From the IMG/VR virus record IMGVR_UViG_3300017917_002479: DNA of 64,000 bases; one strand, 5' to 3'. Position numbers and translations under genes: made by a program. The notes beneath the pieces were generated by a model. That model had not been told where the DNA came from, did not search any database, and was given only the letters and a program-made list of their open reading frames with translations. The DNA is from an uncultured virus (IMG/VR IMGVR_UViG_3300017917_002479). Taxonomy: Duplodnaviria > Heunggongvirae > Uroviricota > Caudoviricetes. This document shows, piece by piece, positions 27,053 to 37,352 of this stretch (its first letter is position 1; every line of letters starts with the position of its first letter).

Positions 27053-30000
27053 GTGGCCTTTACGCCTTCTCGCCCCCTGAGCGATCCCACCAAGGTGGAC
27101 CTCGGGGACTACCTCGACAACGTCGACCCGACTACCCTGCTGCGCGACCCGCGCTTCCAGCGCGAATATCGCGAGATGCGCAAGCGGCAGGCCGACGGCG
27201 AGAATGCCGATAGCTGGTCCGAAGACGAGCTGATCGACGACTTCTACACGCACCAGACGTGGATCAATAACAACTCGATTGCGGGCGTCACCGACTGGGT
27301 GCGCGGCAAGTTCACCGACGACGCGCAGCGCGAACGCATGGGCCGCATTCAGCGCGCCTACGAACTCGCCCCGACCCGCGACTTCACCGATGGCGGCGCT
27401 TGGACTGACTGGGCTGCCTCGACCCTGATCGACCCGCTCAACGCCTTCTCCGTGGCCAAGGGTGCTGGCGGCGCATGGCGCGCAGCCCGCGCGGGCGAAG
27501 GCGTTGGCGCGATCATCAAGGGTGGCGCAAAGTCTGGTGCTATCGCCGGTGCTGCTGAAAACGCCGTCTCCGAAGTCGCGCTCGATGCAATCAATCAGGG
27601 CCGCTTCAACGAGATTGGCGTCCAAGACGGATACGACTTTGGTCGCGGTGCGATCTCCGCCGTCGGCGGTGCTGCTGCTGGCGGCCTTCTGGGCGGTGCG
27701 CTGGGCGGCCTGACCGCTGGCCTTCAGTCGCGCGGCATGCGCCGCACTGCTGCTGAACTCACCGAGGCAGGCGTCCCTGAACAGGTCATCGGCCAGACCG
27801 ACTACGGTCAGGCCCAAGAGCTGCTCGCCAACCTCGACGGCCAGCCCTATCCGACGCCGACGCCGGACCCTGCGACTGCGACCCCCGACCCGAGCGCCAC
27901 TCCGGCTGAACAAGTTCCGGGTGCGCAAGCTGACACCTTCGACCCAAACATGCTGGCCGAGGCGAAAGCTCGTGCCGAGGCTCAGCTTGACCAGCTTATC
28001 AGTGAGGGCGCTCCGCCCGCCGTCATCAAGCAGGCGCAGGCCAATGTCGTGCGCATGGCGGAACTTCAGCAGATCAATGATTTGCGGGACAATGTTAAGA
28101 AGAACACCGACATCCTCCTCCAGTCGGATGATGCCAAGACCCGCGCCAAGGGCGTCGCCAACCAGCGCCGCGTGGCCGAGCTTGAGTCGCTGGCTCGCCG
28201 TCTTCGCAACGACCCGAACGTCGCCGAGATCAAACTGGTCAAGGCCGAAGCCGAGCGCATCGCCGGTGAAGCTGAAGCTCCTCCCGCCGCCGTCGCCGAG
28301 GGCGTCACCGCCGAACCGGCTCCCGAGCCGAAGCTGCCGGAACCCACCGAAGGTCCGCCTAAGCCCGCCGACTTCGGCACCAAAACGCCGGGCACCACTC
28401 CTGAGGTCGCGCCGATCCCCGAGCGCAAGCCCTATACGCTGCCGGACAATCTGCTCGACGTCGACGAAGACGCTGACGAAGCCTTTGACATCATCGACGA
28501 CCTCATTGCGCCGGTGCGTGGTGTCGAGCAGTTCCGCACCGCCTTCGAGGCGACGGCTCGCGCCAAGTTCCCTGACAAGGCCGACGAGATCATCAAGCTC
28601 TACGCCGAGCGCTACGGCAACGACCTTGGCGTGCCGCGCGCGGACTACGAGCGCATCACCGCGCAACGTGCCGCCGAGGCCAAGCCGCAGGCTCCCGACC
28701 GTGCGGCCAAGCGCCGCGCCGCCAAGAACAGCAAGTCGGGCGGCATGGGCGAAGTCAACAACGAGATGGCCAGCGGCAAGTCGCTGGCCGAGCAACTCCA
28801 AGAGTCCGGTCTGCTTGGCTCGCTGGTCCGTCGTGGTGCTCTGGCGCGCGGCGCTGCCCCCGCAGACGCGGCCGCAGCCGCCGCGCGGGCTGACGCTTCT
28901 GCTGCCGAAGCTATCGAGCGCACCGCCAAGAACAACCGCCTGACCGCGACGCCCGGCGAGAAGGTCAAGCCGAAGGCCTCCCAGACTGGCCGCGCCGTCG
29001 ACACCCTCGCCACTGGCCCGGTTACTGCTGGCCGTGCCGAGAATGGTCGCCCGCAGGAAATCCTCCGCTCCGGCCAAGCGACTGAGCGCGACCCGGTCAC
29101 GGGCGAAGCCACTCGCACCATCACCGATGGCACCGCTCCCCAGCGCGGCCAACTCAGCCGCGAAGCCTTCGAGCTTGAGGCCCTGCGCAACAGCAAGGAG
29201 CGCATGGTCCCGCAGCGTGACGAAGCTGGCAAGATCGTCACCGACGCTGACGGCAAACCCGTCCTCGTTCAGGCCGAGGCACAGCCCGTTGCTCTCTGGA
29301 CTGCAACCGAACCGATGGAAGGGGTCATCGGCGGCACGTCGCGGACCTACACCACCAAGCGTGGCAAGACGAAAAAGCAGACCGGCTACGTGCCGCGCGG
29401 CACCACCCTCTTCTACTCGCCGCACACCAAGCGCTACTACACCACGGAAGCCGACGCGCTGGCCGCGTCCGGTCGTGGTCCCAAGCGCCCGATCCCGACC
29501 ACCACGCTGGCCGAGCGCGGCCTCGTGCGGACCGAAGACGCTCCCACTCCTGAAGCTACTCCGGCCACCGACGGCACCGACCTCCTCGACAAGGTTGCCG
29601 AGTGGACCCGCCAGCTCCTCGCTGGCGACCTGACGCCGGATGAGTTTGCTGAGCTGGTTCGCGGCGCTAACCGCGTCGAGGCACGCAACTCGCCCGACGC
29701 GGCTGAAGCCGCTCGCGCCGAAGCCATCACCCCTGAAGTCGAGGCTGGCCGCGTCCCCGCCATCCGTTCCAAGACGAACCCGAACGATGTCCGCGTTCTG
29801 AGCCAGCGTCAGCGCGAAGCCGGTCTCGGCATCGAAGCCCTCTACGGCAAGAGCGACCCGAACAGTTTCGAGGTTGGCTCGGTTCCTGAGGGCACCCGCT
29901 CTGCCAGTGACAAGGCGCGTGACGGTTTCCGCACCGCGACTCCTGAAGAGATCGCTGCCGCTGCTGCTGCCGACGCCGATCCGCTGGACAAGCTGCCGAT

Positions 30001-33000
30001 CCCGCTGGACGAAGCCCGCCGGACCAACGTCGACTTCACCAAGCTGTCGAGCGACGAGTTTGCTTCGGTCCAGACTGCCGTGCAGTTGATGCGCGAAGCC
30101 AAGCAAGTCGGCCCCGGCTTCCGCGTCGCACGTGACAGCGAGTTCAGCCTCTACGAGTTCTTCGGGATGATCTCGCATCTCGAAAACCTGCCGTGGACCC
30201 GCAGCGCCACCAAGATCGACGCGACCATCGAGACCCTCGAAGGTCTCTATGGCGTCTGGGCACGCATCGCTCCCAACGGCATCGACATGCCCGTTGCCGC
30301 CAAGCGCGAAGCCAACGAGCGCATCGACGCGATCTTCGCTGGCCACGACCCCAAGGAGATCGCGGCGGCCAAGTCCTTCCTCGACCGCCTGTCCTCGAAG
30401 TTTGCTCCCGATCTCGGCGGCAGCCGTGGCGAGAACTTCTATCGTGGCTGGACGCCGGACCCGGACAAGCGCGGCCTCAACCGCGTCGTCCTCAACGCCA
30501 ATAAGGGCGGCATCCCCAAGTTGGCGGCGCTCTACCACGAGGTCGCGCACTGGGCCTACATCAACATCCTGACCCCGGAAGACCGCCTCAACTTCTGGCG
30601 TGGCGTGCGCGAGAGCGCCTTCGAGGGCGACGTCTTCGACGCGCAGGGCGTGCGCCGCCGCTCGGCTCCGACCGAGGTTGTCACCAACGCGACCCTCTCC
30701 CCGCAGGAATACTTCGCCAACCAGTTCACGGCTTGGATGATGCGCGGTCCCGACAAGGACGTCTGGGCCGACAAGTCGTTCTGGCAGAAGATGTGGGCCT
30801 ACATGGTCGACATCTTTAACCGCTTTGCGGCCAAGGACTTTATCGACCCCGAGCTTGAACCGCTCTTCGCCAAGATCATTCCTGATCCGGCTGAGGCTGC
30901 TCGCTTCGGCGCGCTCAAGCCGCACGGCGCGTTCTCCAACGCGCAGTCGCGCTACATCGTCGGCCACCTCAACCTCGTCAATTCGCTGCACGACGACCTG
31001 ACCCGCGCACTCAGCAACTATGAAGTCGAGACGGCCATTGCGACCGCGCAAGACCTTGCCGAGTTCCTCTTCAAGCTGACCGCAATCCGCAACACCTTCG
31101 CGCCGATGCGCGGCGACGCCCGCATCCCGGCGGGCGAGGGCCGTGGCGACATCGCCAAAATCCTGCGTGACGCTGCCTACAAGATCAGCGACGCACTCGA
31201 AGCCAAGCCGGACGAAGACTTCCTTGCGACGTGGGCTTCGCGTGTCGACGGCCGCGACTACGACGATGCGCTCGACGAAGAGTTCGATGCCGCCTCGATC
31301 TGGCTGTCGAAGAACGACCCTGAAGCTGGCCCGGCCAAGACGGACCCGACTCGTGTCTTCGATGCGATCAAGGCTATCTTCGATGATGGCACTGACACGT
31401 CCATCGACAACGCCGTTGTCTTCACCAGCTACCGCCTCAACATGGCCCTGAGCAAGGCCGAGGGTCGGAGCATGGCCTTCACCCGCAAGGAGCTGCCCAA
31501 CGCCTACCGCGCTGGCAAGCAGTTCCGCAACACCCCGCGCTCGACCGAGCGCGTCCGCGTAGCCAAGGAGAAGGTGGCCAAAGCCGAAAAGAAGGCGGTC
31601 GCCGAAGCCGAAAAGTATACGCAGACCCCGGCTGCTAAGCGCGAGGACGCACCGAAGGCCAAGGCTGGCCCGGCTCCGACCAAGACGCAGGCCCTTCCCG
31701 ACCTGCCCTACGAAGACCTCATCAAGCGCTTCTACGCTGGCAAGCGGGACGAGCGTTCGGCTGTCGCGCAGGAACTCACGCGCCGGATGCGCGCTGAACC
31801 CGATCCGGGCTTCGCCGCCATGAAGGTGCCCGAGGACATCCGCACCGGCCGTGACCTTGACGCCATGCTTCTCAAGTCGCTGGAAGATGGCGACCCCGAG
31901 CGCGTCCAGCAGATCATGTATGAGGTCTGGCGTCGTGGTGAGAACCGCCGCCGCAAGAAGGCTGGCCTGCCGGTCCTGCGCGCCTCTCTCTCGACCCACC
32001 TCAACGACGCCATCAGCCGCGAATACGCGCAGTCGGTTGGCAATGTCGGCGACGGCATCGTGCCCGGCGCTCCCACCGTCGTGCGGGAAATCCAGTCCTT
32101 CATGTCGCACCGCGACCCGGACGTGCAGCACACCATGCGCACGCTGGTTTACCGCGCGCTCAACCTGAAGGGCAAGGCGGTCCGCAACGCCCTCGACAAC
32201 ACGTCGATCATCACGACCGGCGACGTCTACCGTCTGGCCAACAAGCCGCTGCCTCCGGGTGCGACCGCCGCCTTCGCCGACTTCCGTGGTGAAGGCTTCT
32301 CCTCGCTGCGCTCCAGCCTGCGCAAGACGGCCATCGGTCTGACCAAGGATGTTTCCGATCCGTTCGACGTGATGCACGAGGTCCACCACCTCGCGCTGCG
32401 CTCCGGCATCTTCGACAACGACGACTTCGCTCTGATCCGCGAACAGTTCCTCGAAGCCGCTCGCAACGGTGAGCGCGTCGCTGCCAAGCGCATGGCCCTC
32501 TACGCCCCGTCGACCACGGTCGACGACCTCAGCCCGAACAAGATCGACGAGCTGGCTGAAGAGTGGTTCGCCGAGCAGGGTGCCATCTACTCGATGGGCA
32601 AGGTGGCCAAGGGCGACCTCTTCGCTATCCGCGAGGGTCGTGACATGCGCGAACTGTCCGCGCGCTCCACGCTGGTCATGCTGGCCAACCGCATGATCGA
32701 CGCAGTTGCCTACCTCGTGAACGGCCTGCTGGGCCGCAAGACGCTCAAGCAGATGTTCCGCCGCATCGACGGCTACGGCGATCTCTTCGACGGCGCTCGC
32801 CGCCTGCTCGATGCTGATCCCCGCACCGGCGGCGTGGCTCCCGAGTATGCGGCTGCCTACTACGGCGACCTGATGCGCTCCATGTCGATGGAGCGAAAAA
32901 TCCGCATGACCGAGTTCGCCAACAATGGCCTCGGCATCGACGCTGATGGCAACATCCGCGTCTACTACCATGGCACCCCGAACGGCGACGTGCTGTCCTC

Positions 33001-36000
33001 GCCGGATGCTGTGATGCAGCCGGGCCGTGGCGACTATGGTCGCGGTGTCTACGTCACCACCAACCAGATGGTTGCCGACAAGGTCTACGCCAACAACTCG
33101 ACCTACGACGCCATGATGACCCGCGCGCGGGTGCTGCGCGAAGAAGGTCGCCTTGATCCCGCCGACTACGACGAGGCCATTGAGAACATCGCGCTTATCG
33201 CAAACATCCGCCGCGACATCGGCACGATGACCCGCAAGCGCGCGATGCTGGCCGTCCAAGACGCAGAGGTCCGCTCGGCCCCCAAGAAGACCGCAGAAGA
33301 CTTTGACCGCGACATCGCCAGCCTGCGCGAAGCTGAGCGCTTCCTTCTCGCTGACCTTGAGGGCCTTGGTCTCACCAATGCGCCGAAGGTCATGGGCCTT
33401 GTTGTGCGTGCCAGCAATCCGGCGGACTTCCGCCCGACTGCCACCTACACGCGCGAAAACAGCTTCCTCCTCGACCTGATCGCCGACCTCGAAGAAGCTG
33501 GAAAGGTCAACTTCCGCGACGCCCAGCTCTGGATCACCTCGATCCCTGATGAGGGTCTCAACGGCATGGAGCTGCACGGTCGTCTTGCGAACCTGCTGGT
33601 GCAGGGTGCCGACGGCAAGATGCACCCCACCCAAGCGACCTCTATCATTGCCGACACTCTCGGTAAGCGCGGCTACGACTCCATCGTCGCGACCTTCCCG
33701 AACACGGTGCCGGACGTTGGCCAAGTCTTCCACGAAGGCCTCGTGCTGATCGACCATGTCGACCCTGTTTCGGGTCAGCGCGTGGCTGCCAGCAACAAGG
33801 TCAAGTCGGTCGAGGCCTCCGCCTTCGACGAGACTGAGCCGCTGCTCTACGCCTCGCTGATTGAAAACACCCCGGCTCCGAACGGCGATGTCATCCGCAT
33901 GGTCATGGAAGACCGCGTCGTCGATGGCCGCCTCATGGCCGACGTCGTCAACCATCTCGACGCTGCCAAGGCTCCGCCCGAGTTCACCGAGACCCTTGTG
34001 GCTGCTGCGCGCCAGCGCCGCATTCAGGCGGGCAAGGCCTACAACAGCTTCCGCAACTTCTTCACGGCGGTGCTGCGGGCCAACTCGACGCGCATGGAAA
34101 ACGCGGGCCTCAAGTCCATCGCCGCATGGCACAAGGGTCACTACATCGACCACGCCGTCGCTCTGGGCGACCGCGTCTTCACCCTGCGCGACATCCTCAA
34201 CACGCTGCCGGACAGCCCCGGCAACTTCCGCCGCTGGTTCGAGAACATCAAGCCCGGTCCGCAGCCGCTCTCGCACGCGCGCATCCTCAAGGCGCTGCGC
34301 ATGGGCACGGGCAGCAATGAGTTCCGCGCGCTCAACGAAACCGAGCAGCAGGCGGCCCTCAAAATCCGCTCGATGCTCGATGGCGAATACGAAGAGCTGC
34401 GTCGAGCTGGCGTCTTGGTTGGCCGGGTCGACAACTACTTCCCGCAAATCTGGGATGTCGAGACCCTCAGCGCCAACAAGGATGAGTTCATCGAGGAGCT
34501 GGGCAATTACTTCATTGCCGAGTCGCGCTACGAAGGCCGCCCTCTCTCCGTCGAGGAAGCGCAGTCGCGGGCCATGGGTGTGTGGGGCCGCCTGCTCGAT
34601 GACGAAGGTAACTACCTGCCGCCGCCGGTTGGTTCGTCGCGCACGGCCGACAGCGACCACCTGCGCTACCAGCGCCTCATCCGCCTTGAGAACCCGGAGT
34701 TCGCCGAGAATGCGCGCCGCCTGAACAAGTTCCTCGTGAACGATCTTGAAGGCACGCTCATCAAATACTTCGACGGCAGCACCCGCTCGTCGCTGCAAGC
34801 CCGCCGCTTTGGCGTGATGAACCACGGCTACTACGACTACCTCCGCGTCATGGACGAAGGCCTCGACGGCATTGCCGCCCTGCTCTCGACCAACCGCGTG
34901 TCGCGCCGTGACATCAAGCTGATTGCCGACGATGGCTACCTCGCCACCCTTGAGTTCCGCGACGAAACCCTGATGCCCTTCAAGGGGGACGACTACGGCG
35001 CCCGCGATGCGGCGCGCAACGTCAAGGAAATCTTCGACCGCGACGGTGCCGCCGCAGCCAAGGCTTACCTCATGAGTCTCGACCCGGCGCGCAACAAGCC
35101 TGCCGCCGCAGATGGCATGCTTCGTGCCGACAAGTCGACTTACGAGCATCGCGTGGACGCCATCGTCGACGCGCTCCGCGACGGCGCTGGCAAGCGTGGC
35201 CACGTCCCCGTCAAGGAGATCATGTTCGCCCAAGACGCGATGCAGTCGGCGCTCCGCAAGCAGGTCGGCTCTGGCCCGCTGCACACCGAGGCGGCACGTG
35301 ATGGCTCGCGGTTCATCCGCACTTTCAACGCCGTCTCGCTGCTGTCGTTCACGACGCTGACCTCGCTGCCCGACCTCATCATGCCGACCATCAAGAGCGG
35401 CAAGGCTGGCGCGCACATCCGCGCGCTCCAGAAGATGTCGAGCGATCCTGACTACCGCCGGGCGATCCGCAACACGGGCGTGGCCGTCGAGAACATCGTG
35501 CATCAGCGCATGGCTGGCCTCTTCGCCAGCGACATCTCGGGCAAGCTGGGCAAGTTCAACAACGCCTTCTTCAACGCCACCCTGCTCACGCCGTGGACGG
35601 ACATGAACCGCTCCATCGCTGGCGCGGTCGGCTTCGAGGCGTTCCAAGTCGACGTCGCCAAGGCGCTGCGCGCCAAGGTCGGCGACGGCATGAACATGGC
35701 CGAACAGCCCGCCGAGTATCGCCGCATCATGCGCCGCCTCAAGGCTTACGGTCTGGATGGTTACGTCTTGGAAGGTCGCGTCATCGACCAGCGCGCGCTC
35801 GAAGAAGACCCCGTCTTGAAGTCGGCCGTCGTGCAGTTCGCTAATGAGTCGATCTTCGCACCTAATCCCGACGACATGCCACTCTGGACCCAGACCCCGT
35901 GGGGTTCGATCCTCTGGCAGCTCAAGTCCTACCCAGTCATGCTGGGCCGGATGTCGGCTGAGATCATCGGCTCGAATATCGGCGACGCCCGTCGTGCCTT

Positions 36001-36607
36001 TGCTGCCAAAGACCTGTCGGAACTCGACCCCGACAACATGAAGCGCCTCGCTTACCTGTTCGCGCTCGGCCCCGCCTTCGGTGCCGCTGCGCTGGCCGGT
36101 AAGGACATCGTTCAGCAGCGTGGCGGTGAAGACAGCCGCGAAGCCGCTGTGCGCAACCGTAGCTGGGAGAAGTTCCTCGGCTACTCGAAGGAAATCCACG
36201 GCGACAAGAACGACTTCGCTGGCTGGTATGCCGAAGGCCTCATGGCCATGGGCGGTCTTGGTCTGCTCGCGGACGTGCTGCACTCGGTCGCGGAAGGTGC
36301 GGAACAGGGTGCCTTCGGCCAGACCCGCGCTCTCGGCGCGGTGCTTGGCCCGACGGTTGGCACCTTCGGCTCGGGCGTCACCATCCTCGGCGGCATCAAG
36401 GACGCCGACGAAAACAGCAACTCGAAGGAACGTGCGGCTTGGCGCGAAGCCATCCGCCGCGTGCCCTTCATCGGCGGCATGGGCGGCCTGCGCGAAGGCG
36501 CGGTCGACGCCATCGCTGGCGAGAAGGGCATGGCGGACGACGGCGCAGCCAAGACGGATGAAGGTGGTGGCAGCATCTCCCCTGAAGAAGGAGGTTGGGT
36601 GAAGTGA
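27053..36607 (+). CDS. Giant (3184 aa) ejection / large polyvalent protein
   Basis: Two HExxH zincin-like motifs with downstream EYFA/EEWFA; YYHGT...GRGVY...GYDSI ART-like domain; NYFPQIWD and a helical/hydrophobic C-terminus like large ejection proteins. Confidence 0.8.
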   Translation: MAFTPSRPLSDPTKVDLGDYLDNVDPTTLLRDPRFQREYREMRKRQADGENADSWSEDELIDDFYTHQTWINNNSIAGVTDWVRGKFTDDAQRERMGRIQRAYELAPTRDFTDGGAWTDWAASTLIDPLNAFSVAKGAGGAWRAARAGEGVGAIIKGGAKSGAIAGAAENAVSEVALDAINQGRFNEIGVQDGYDFGRGAISAVGGAAAGGLLGGALGGLTAGLQSRGMRRTAAELTEAGVPEQVIGQTDYGQAQELLANLDGQPYPTPTPDPATATPDPSATPAEQVPGAQADTFDPNMLAEAKARAEAQLDQLISEGAPPAVIKQAQANVVRMAELQQINDLRDNVKKNTDILLQSDDAKTRAKGVANQRRVAELESLARRLRNDPNVAEIKLVKAEAERIAGEAEAPPAAVAEGVTAEPAPEPKLPEPTEGPPKPADFGTKTPGTTPEVAPIPERKPYTLPDNLLDVDEDADEAFDIIDDLIAPVRGVEQFRTAFEATARAKFPDKADEIIKLYAERYGNDLGVPRADYERITAQRAAEAKPQAPDRAAKRRAAKNSKSGGMGEVNNEMASGKSLAEQLQESGLLGSLVRRGALARGAAPADAAAAAARADASAAEAIERTAKNNRLTATPGEKVKPKASQTGRAVDTLATGPVTAGRAENGRPQEILRSGQATERDPVTGEATRTITDGTAPQRGQLSREAFELEALRNSKERMVPQRDEAGKIVTDADGKPVLVQAEAQPVALWTATEPMEGVIGGTSRTYTTKRGKTKKQTGYVPRGTTLFYSPHTKRYYTTEADALAASGRGPKRPIPTTTLAERGLVRTEDAPTPEATPATDGTDLLDKVAEWTRQLLAGDLTPDEFAELVRGANRVEARNSPDAAEAARAEAITPEVEAGRVPAIRSKTNPNDVRVLSQRQREAGLGIEALYGKSDPNSFEVGSVPEGTRSASDKARDGFRTATPEEIAAAAAADADPLDKLPIPLDEARRTNVDFTKLSSDEFASVQTAVQLMREAKQVGPGFRVARDSEFSLYEFFGMISHLENLPWTRSATKIDATIETLEGLYGVWARIAPNGIDMPVAAKREANERIDAIFAGHDPKEIAAAKSFLDRLSSKFAPDLGGSRGENFYRGWTPDPDKRGLNRVVLNANKGGIPKLAALYHEVAHWAYINILTPEDRLNFWRGVRESAFEGDVFDAQGVRRRSAPTEVVTNATLSPQEYFANQFTAWMMRGPDKDVWADKSFWQKMWAYMVDIFNRFAAKDFIDPELEPLFAKIIPDPAEAARFGALKPHGAFSNAQSRYIVGHLNLVNSLHDDLTRALSNYEVETAIATAQDLAEFLFKLTAIRNTFAPMRGDARIPAGEGRGDIAKILRDAAYKISDALEAKPDEDFLATWASRVDGRDYDDALDEEFDAASIWLSKNDPEAGPAKTDPTRVFDAIKAIFDDGTDTSIDNAVVFTSYRLNMALSKAEGRSMAFTRKELPNAYRAGKQFRNTPRSTERVRVAKEKVAKAEKKAVAEAEKYTQTPAAKREDAPKAKAGPAPTKTQALPDLPYEDLIKRFYAGKRDERSAVAQELTRRMRAEPDPGFAAMKVPEDIRTGRDLDAMLLKSLEDGDPERVQQIMYEVWRRGENRRRKKAGLPVLRASLSTHLNDAISREYAQSVGNVGDGIVPGAPTVVREIQSFMSHRDPDVQHTMRTLVYRALNLKGKAVRNALDNTSIITTGDVYRLANKPLPPGATAAFADFRGEGFSSLRSSLRKTAIGLTKDVSDPFDVMHEVHHLALRSGIFDNDDFALIREQFLEAARNGERVAAKRMALYAPSTTVDDLSPNKIDELAEEWFAEQGAIYSMGKVAKGDLFAIREGRDMRELSARSTLVMLANRMIDAVAYLVNGLLGRKTLKQMFRRIDGYGDLFDGARRLLDADPRTGGVAPEYAAAYYGDLMRSMSMERKIRMTEFANNGLGIDADGNIRVYYHGTPNGDVLSSPDAVMQPGRGDYGRGVYVTTNQMVADKVYANNSTYDAMMTRARVLREEGRLDPADYDEAIENIALIANIRRDIGTMTRKRAMLAVQDAEVRSAPKKTAEDFDRDIASLREAERFLLADLEGLGLTNAPKVMGLVVRASNPADFRPTATYTRENSFLLDLIADLEEAGKVNFRDAQLWITSIPDEGLNGMELHGRLANLLVQGADGKMHPTQATSIIADTLGKRGYDSIVATFPNTVPDVGQVFHEGLVLIDHVDPVSGQRVAASNKVKSVEASAFDETEPLLYASLIENTPAPNGDVIRMVMEDRVVDGRLMADVVNHLDAAKAPPEFTETLVAAARQRRIQAGKAYNSFRNFFTAVLRANSTRMENAGLKSIAAWHKGHYIDHAVALGDRVFTLRDILNTLPDSPGNFRRWFENIKPGPQPLSHARILKALRMGTGSNEFRALNETEQQAALKIRSMLDGEYEELRRAGVLVGRVDNYFPQIWDVETLSANKDEFIEELGNYFIAESRYEGRPLSVEEAQSRAMGVWGRLLDDEGNYLPPPVGSSRTADSDHLRYQRLIRLENPEFAENARRLNKFLVNDLEGTLIKYFDGSTRSSLQARRFGVMNHGYYDYLRVMDEGLDGIAALLSTNRVSRRDIKLIADDGYLATLEFRDETLMPFKGDDYGARDAARNVKEIFDRDGAAAAKAYLMSLDPARNKPAAADGMLRADKSTYEHRVDAIVDALRDGAGKRGHVPVKEIMFAQDAMQSALRKQVGSGPLHTEAARDGSRFIRTFNAVSLLSFTTLTSLPDLIMPTIKSGKAGAHIRALQKMSSDPDYRRAIRNTGVAVENIVHQRMAGLFASDISGKLGKFNNAFFNATLLTPWTDMNRSIAGAVGFEAFQVDVAKALRAKVGDGMNMAEQPAEYRRIMRRLKAYGLDGYVLEGRVIDQRALEEDPVLKSAVVQFANESIFAPNPDDMPLWTQTPWGSILWQLKSYPVMLGRMSAEIIGSNIGDARRAFAAKDLSELDPDNMKRLAYLFALGPAFGAAALAGKDIVQQRGGEDSREAAVRNRSWEKFLGYSKEIHGDKNDFAGWYAEGLMAMGGLGLLADVLHSVAEGAEQGAFGQTRALGAVLGPTVGTFGSGVTILGGIKDADENSNSKERAAWREAIRRVPFIGGMGGLREGAVDAIAGEKGMADDGAAKTDEGGGSISPEEGGWVK

Positions 36608-37146
36608 AGACCGTTCACGAGATCATCGAAGAAGTGATCCGCGTCGAAGGCGGATACTCCAACCACCCGAGCGACCGTGGCGGTGAGACCAATTGGGGCA
36701 TCACCGCTGCTGTCGCCCGCGCCAATGGCTACACCGGCCCGATGCGTGATCTTCCGCGCGCCACTGCCTACGGCATCTACATCAAGCAGTATGTGCAGGA
36801 GCCGGGCTTCGACCGGCTGCTGCCCCTCTCCGAAGCTGTCGTGGCCGAACTGGTCGATACCGGCATCAACATGGGTCCGCACATCGCTGGCACGTTCCTT
36901 CAGCGCGCACTGAACGTCCTCAACAACCGGGGCACCAAATATTCCGATCTCGTCGTGGATGGGAAGGTTGGACCGGCGACGGTGGCCTCGCTTCGTTCCT
37001 TCCTGCTCTGGCGCGGGAAGGAAGCCGAGGCGATCTTGGTCCGGGCGCTGAACTGCTTGCAGGGCGCGCGCTACATCGAGCTTGCCGAGGGGCGTCCGGC
37101 CAACGAGGACTTTGTCTTTGGCTGGCTCAAAAACCGGGTCAGTTAG
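36604..37146 (+). CDS. Endolysin, glycoside hydrolase family 108 with peptidoglycan-binding domain
   Basis: EGGYSNHPSDRGGETNWGIT, LQRALN, VDGKVGPAT, FVFGWLKNRV. Confidence 0.92.
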   Translation: MKTVHEIIEEVIRVEGGYSNHPSDRGGETNWGITAAVARANGYTGPMRDLPRATAYGIYIKQYVQEPGFDRLLPLSEAVVAELVDTGINMGPHIAGTFLQRALNVLNNRGTKYSDLVVDGKVGPATVASLRSFLLWRGKEAEAILVRALNCLQGARYIELAEGRPANEDFVFGWLKNRVS

Positions 37147-37352
37147 TTTGCACATTGGCTGGAAACCCCAGCTTTTCCGTGACCTCAAATGACCACCAAA
37201 TGTGCAAACACCCACTGAAAAATAAGGGAAACGTCCTGATTAGGAATCTGGTGCTCTATCCTGCTGAGCTACAGGCGCGTCCATAAAATCAATTAGTTAG
37301 CGGTCGCTCCTTCCCCCTGTTTTGCACATTGCGAAATTGTGTTTGCACTTTG
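37146..37352. repeat. Integrase arm-type binding sites
   Basis: TTTGCAC(A/T)TT at about 37147, 37199-37208 (inverted), 37321 and 37342, flanking the attP core. Confidence 0.7.
37238..37278 (-). mobile_element. attP core: 5' half of tRNA-Arg(CCT)
   Basis: Minus strand GCGCCTGTAGCTCAGCAGGATAGAGCACCAGATTCCTAATC gives acceptor 5' strand, D-arm and anticodon loop; no T-arm follows; adjacent to the integrase stop. Confidence 0.85.

Noticed and set aside
26840..36283. Very long antisense ORFs (also 8065-11757, 22097-26536, 19807-22419, and 1-1026 on the plus strand)
   Set aside because: Shadows of GC-rich sense genes; no RBS, no motifs, mirror-codon composition.
27053..36607. N4-like virion RNA polymerase
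   Set aside because: Size is similar, but no polymerase motifs were recognised; the motifs present fit a polyvalent ejection protein.
37238..37278. Functional tRNA gene
   Set aside because: Only the 5' half is present; no T-arm or 3' acceptor strand.
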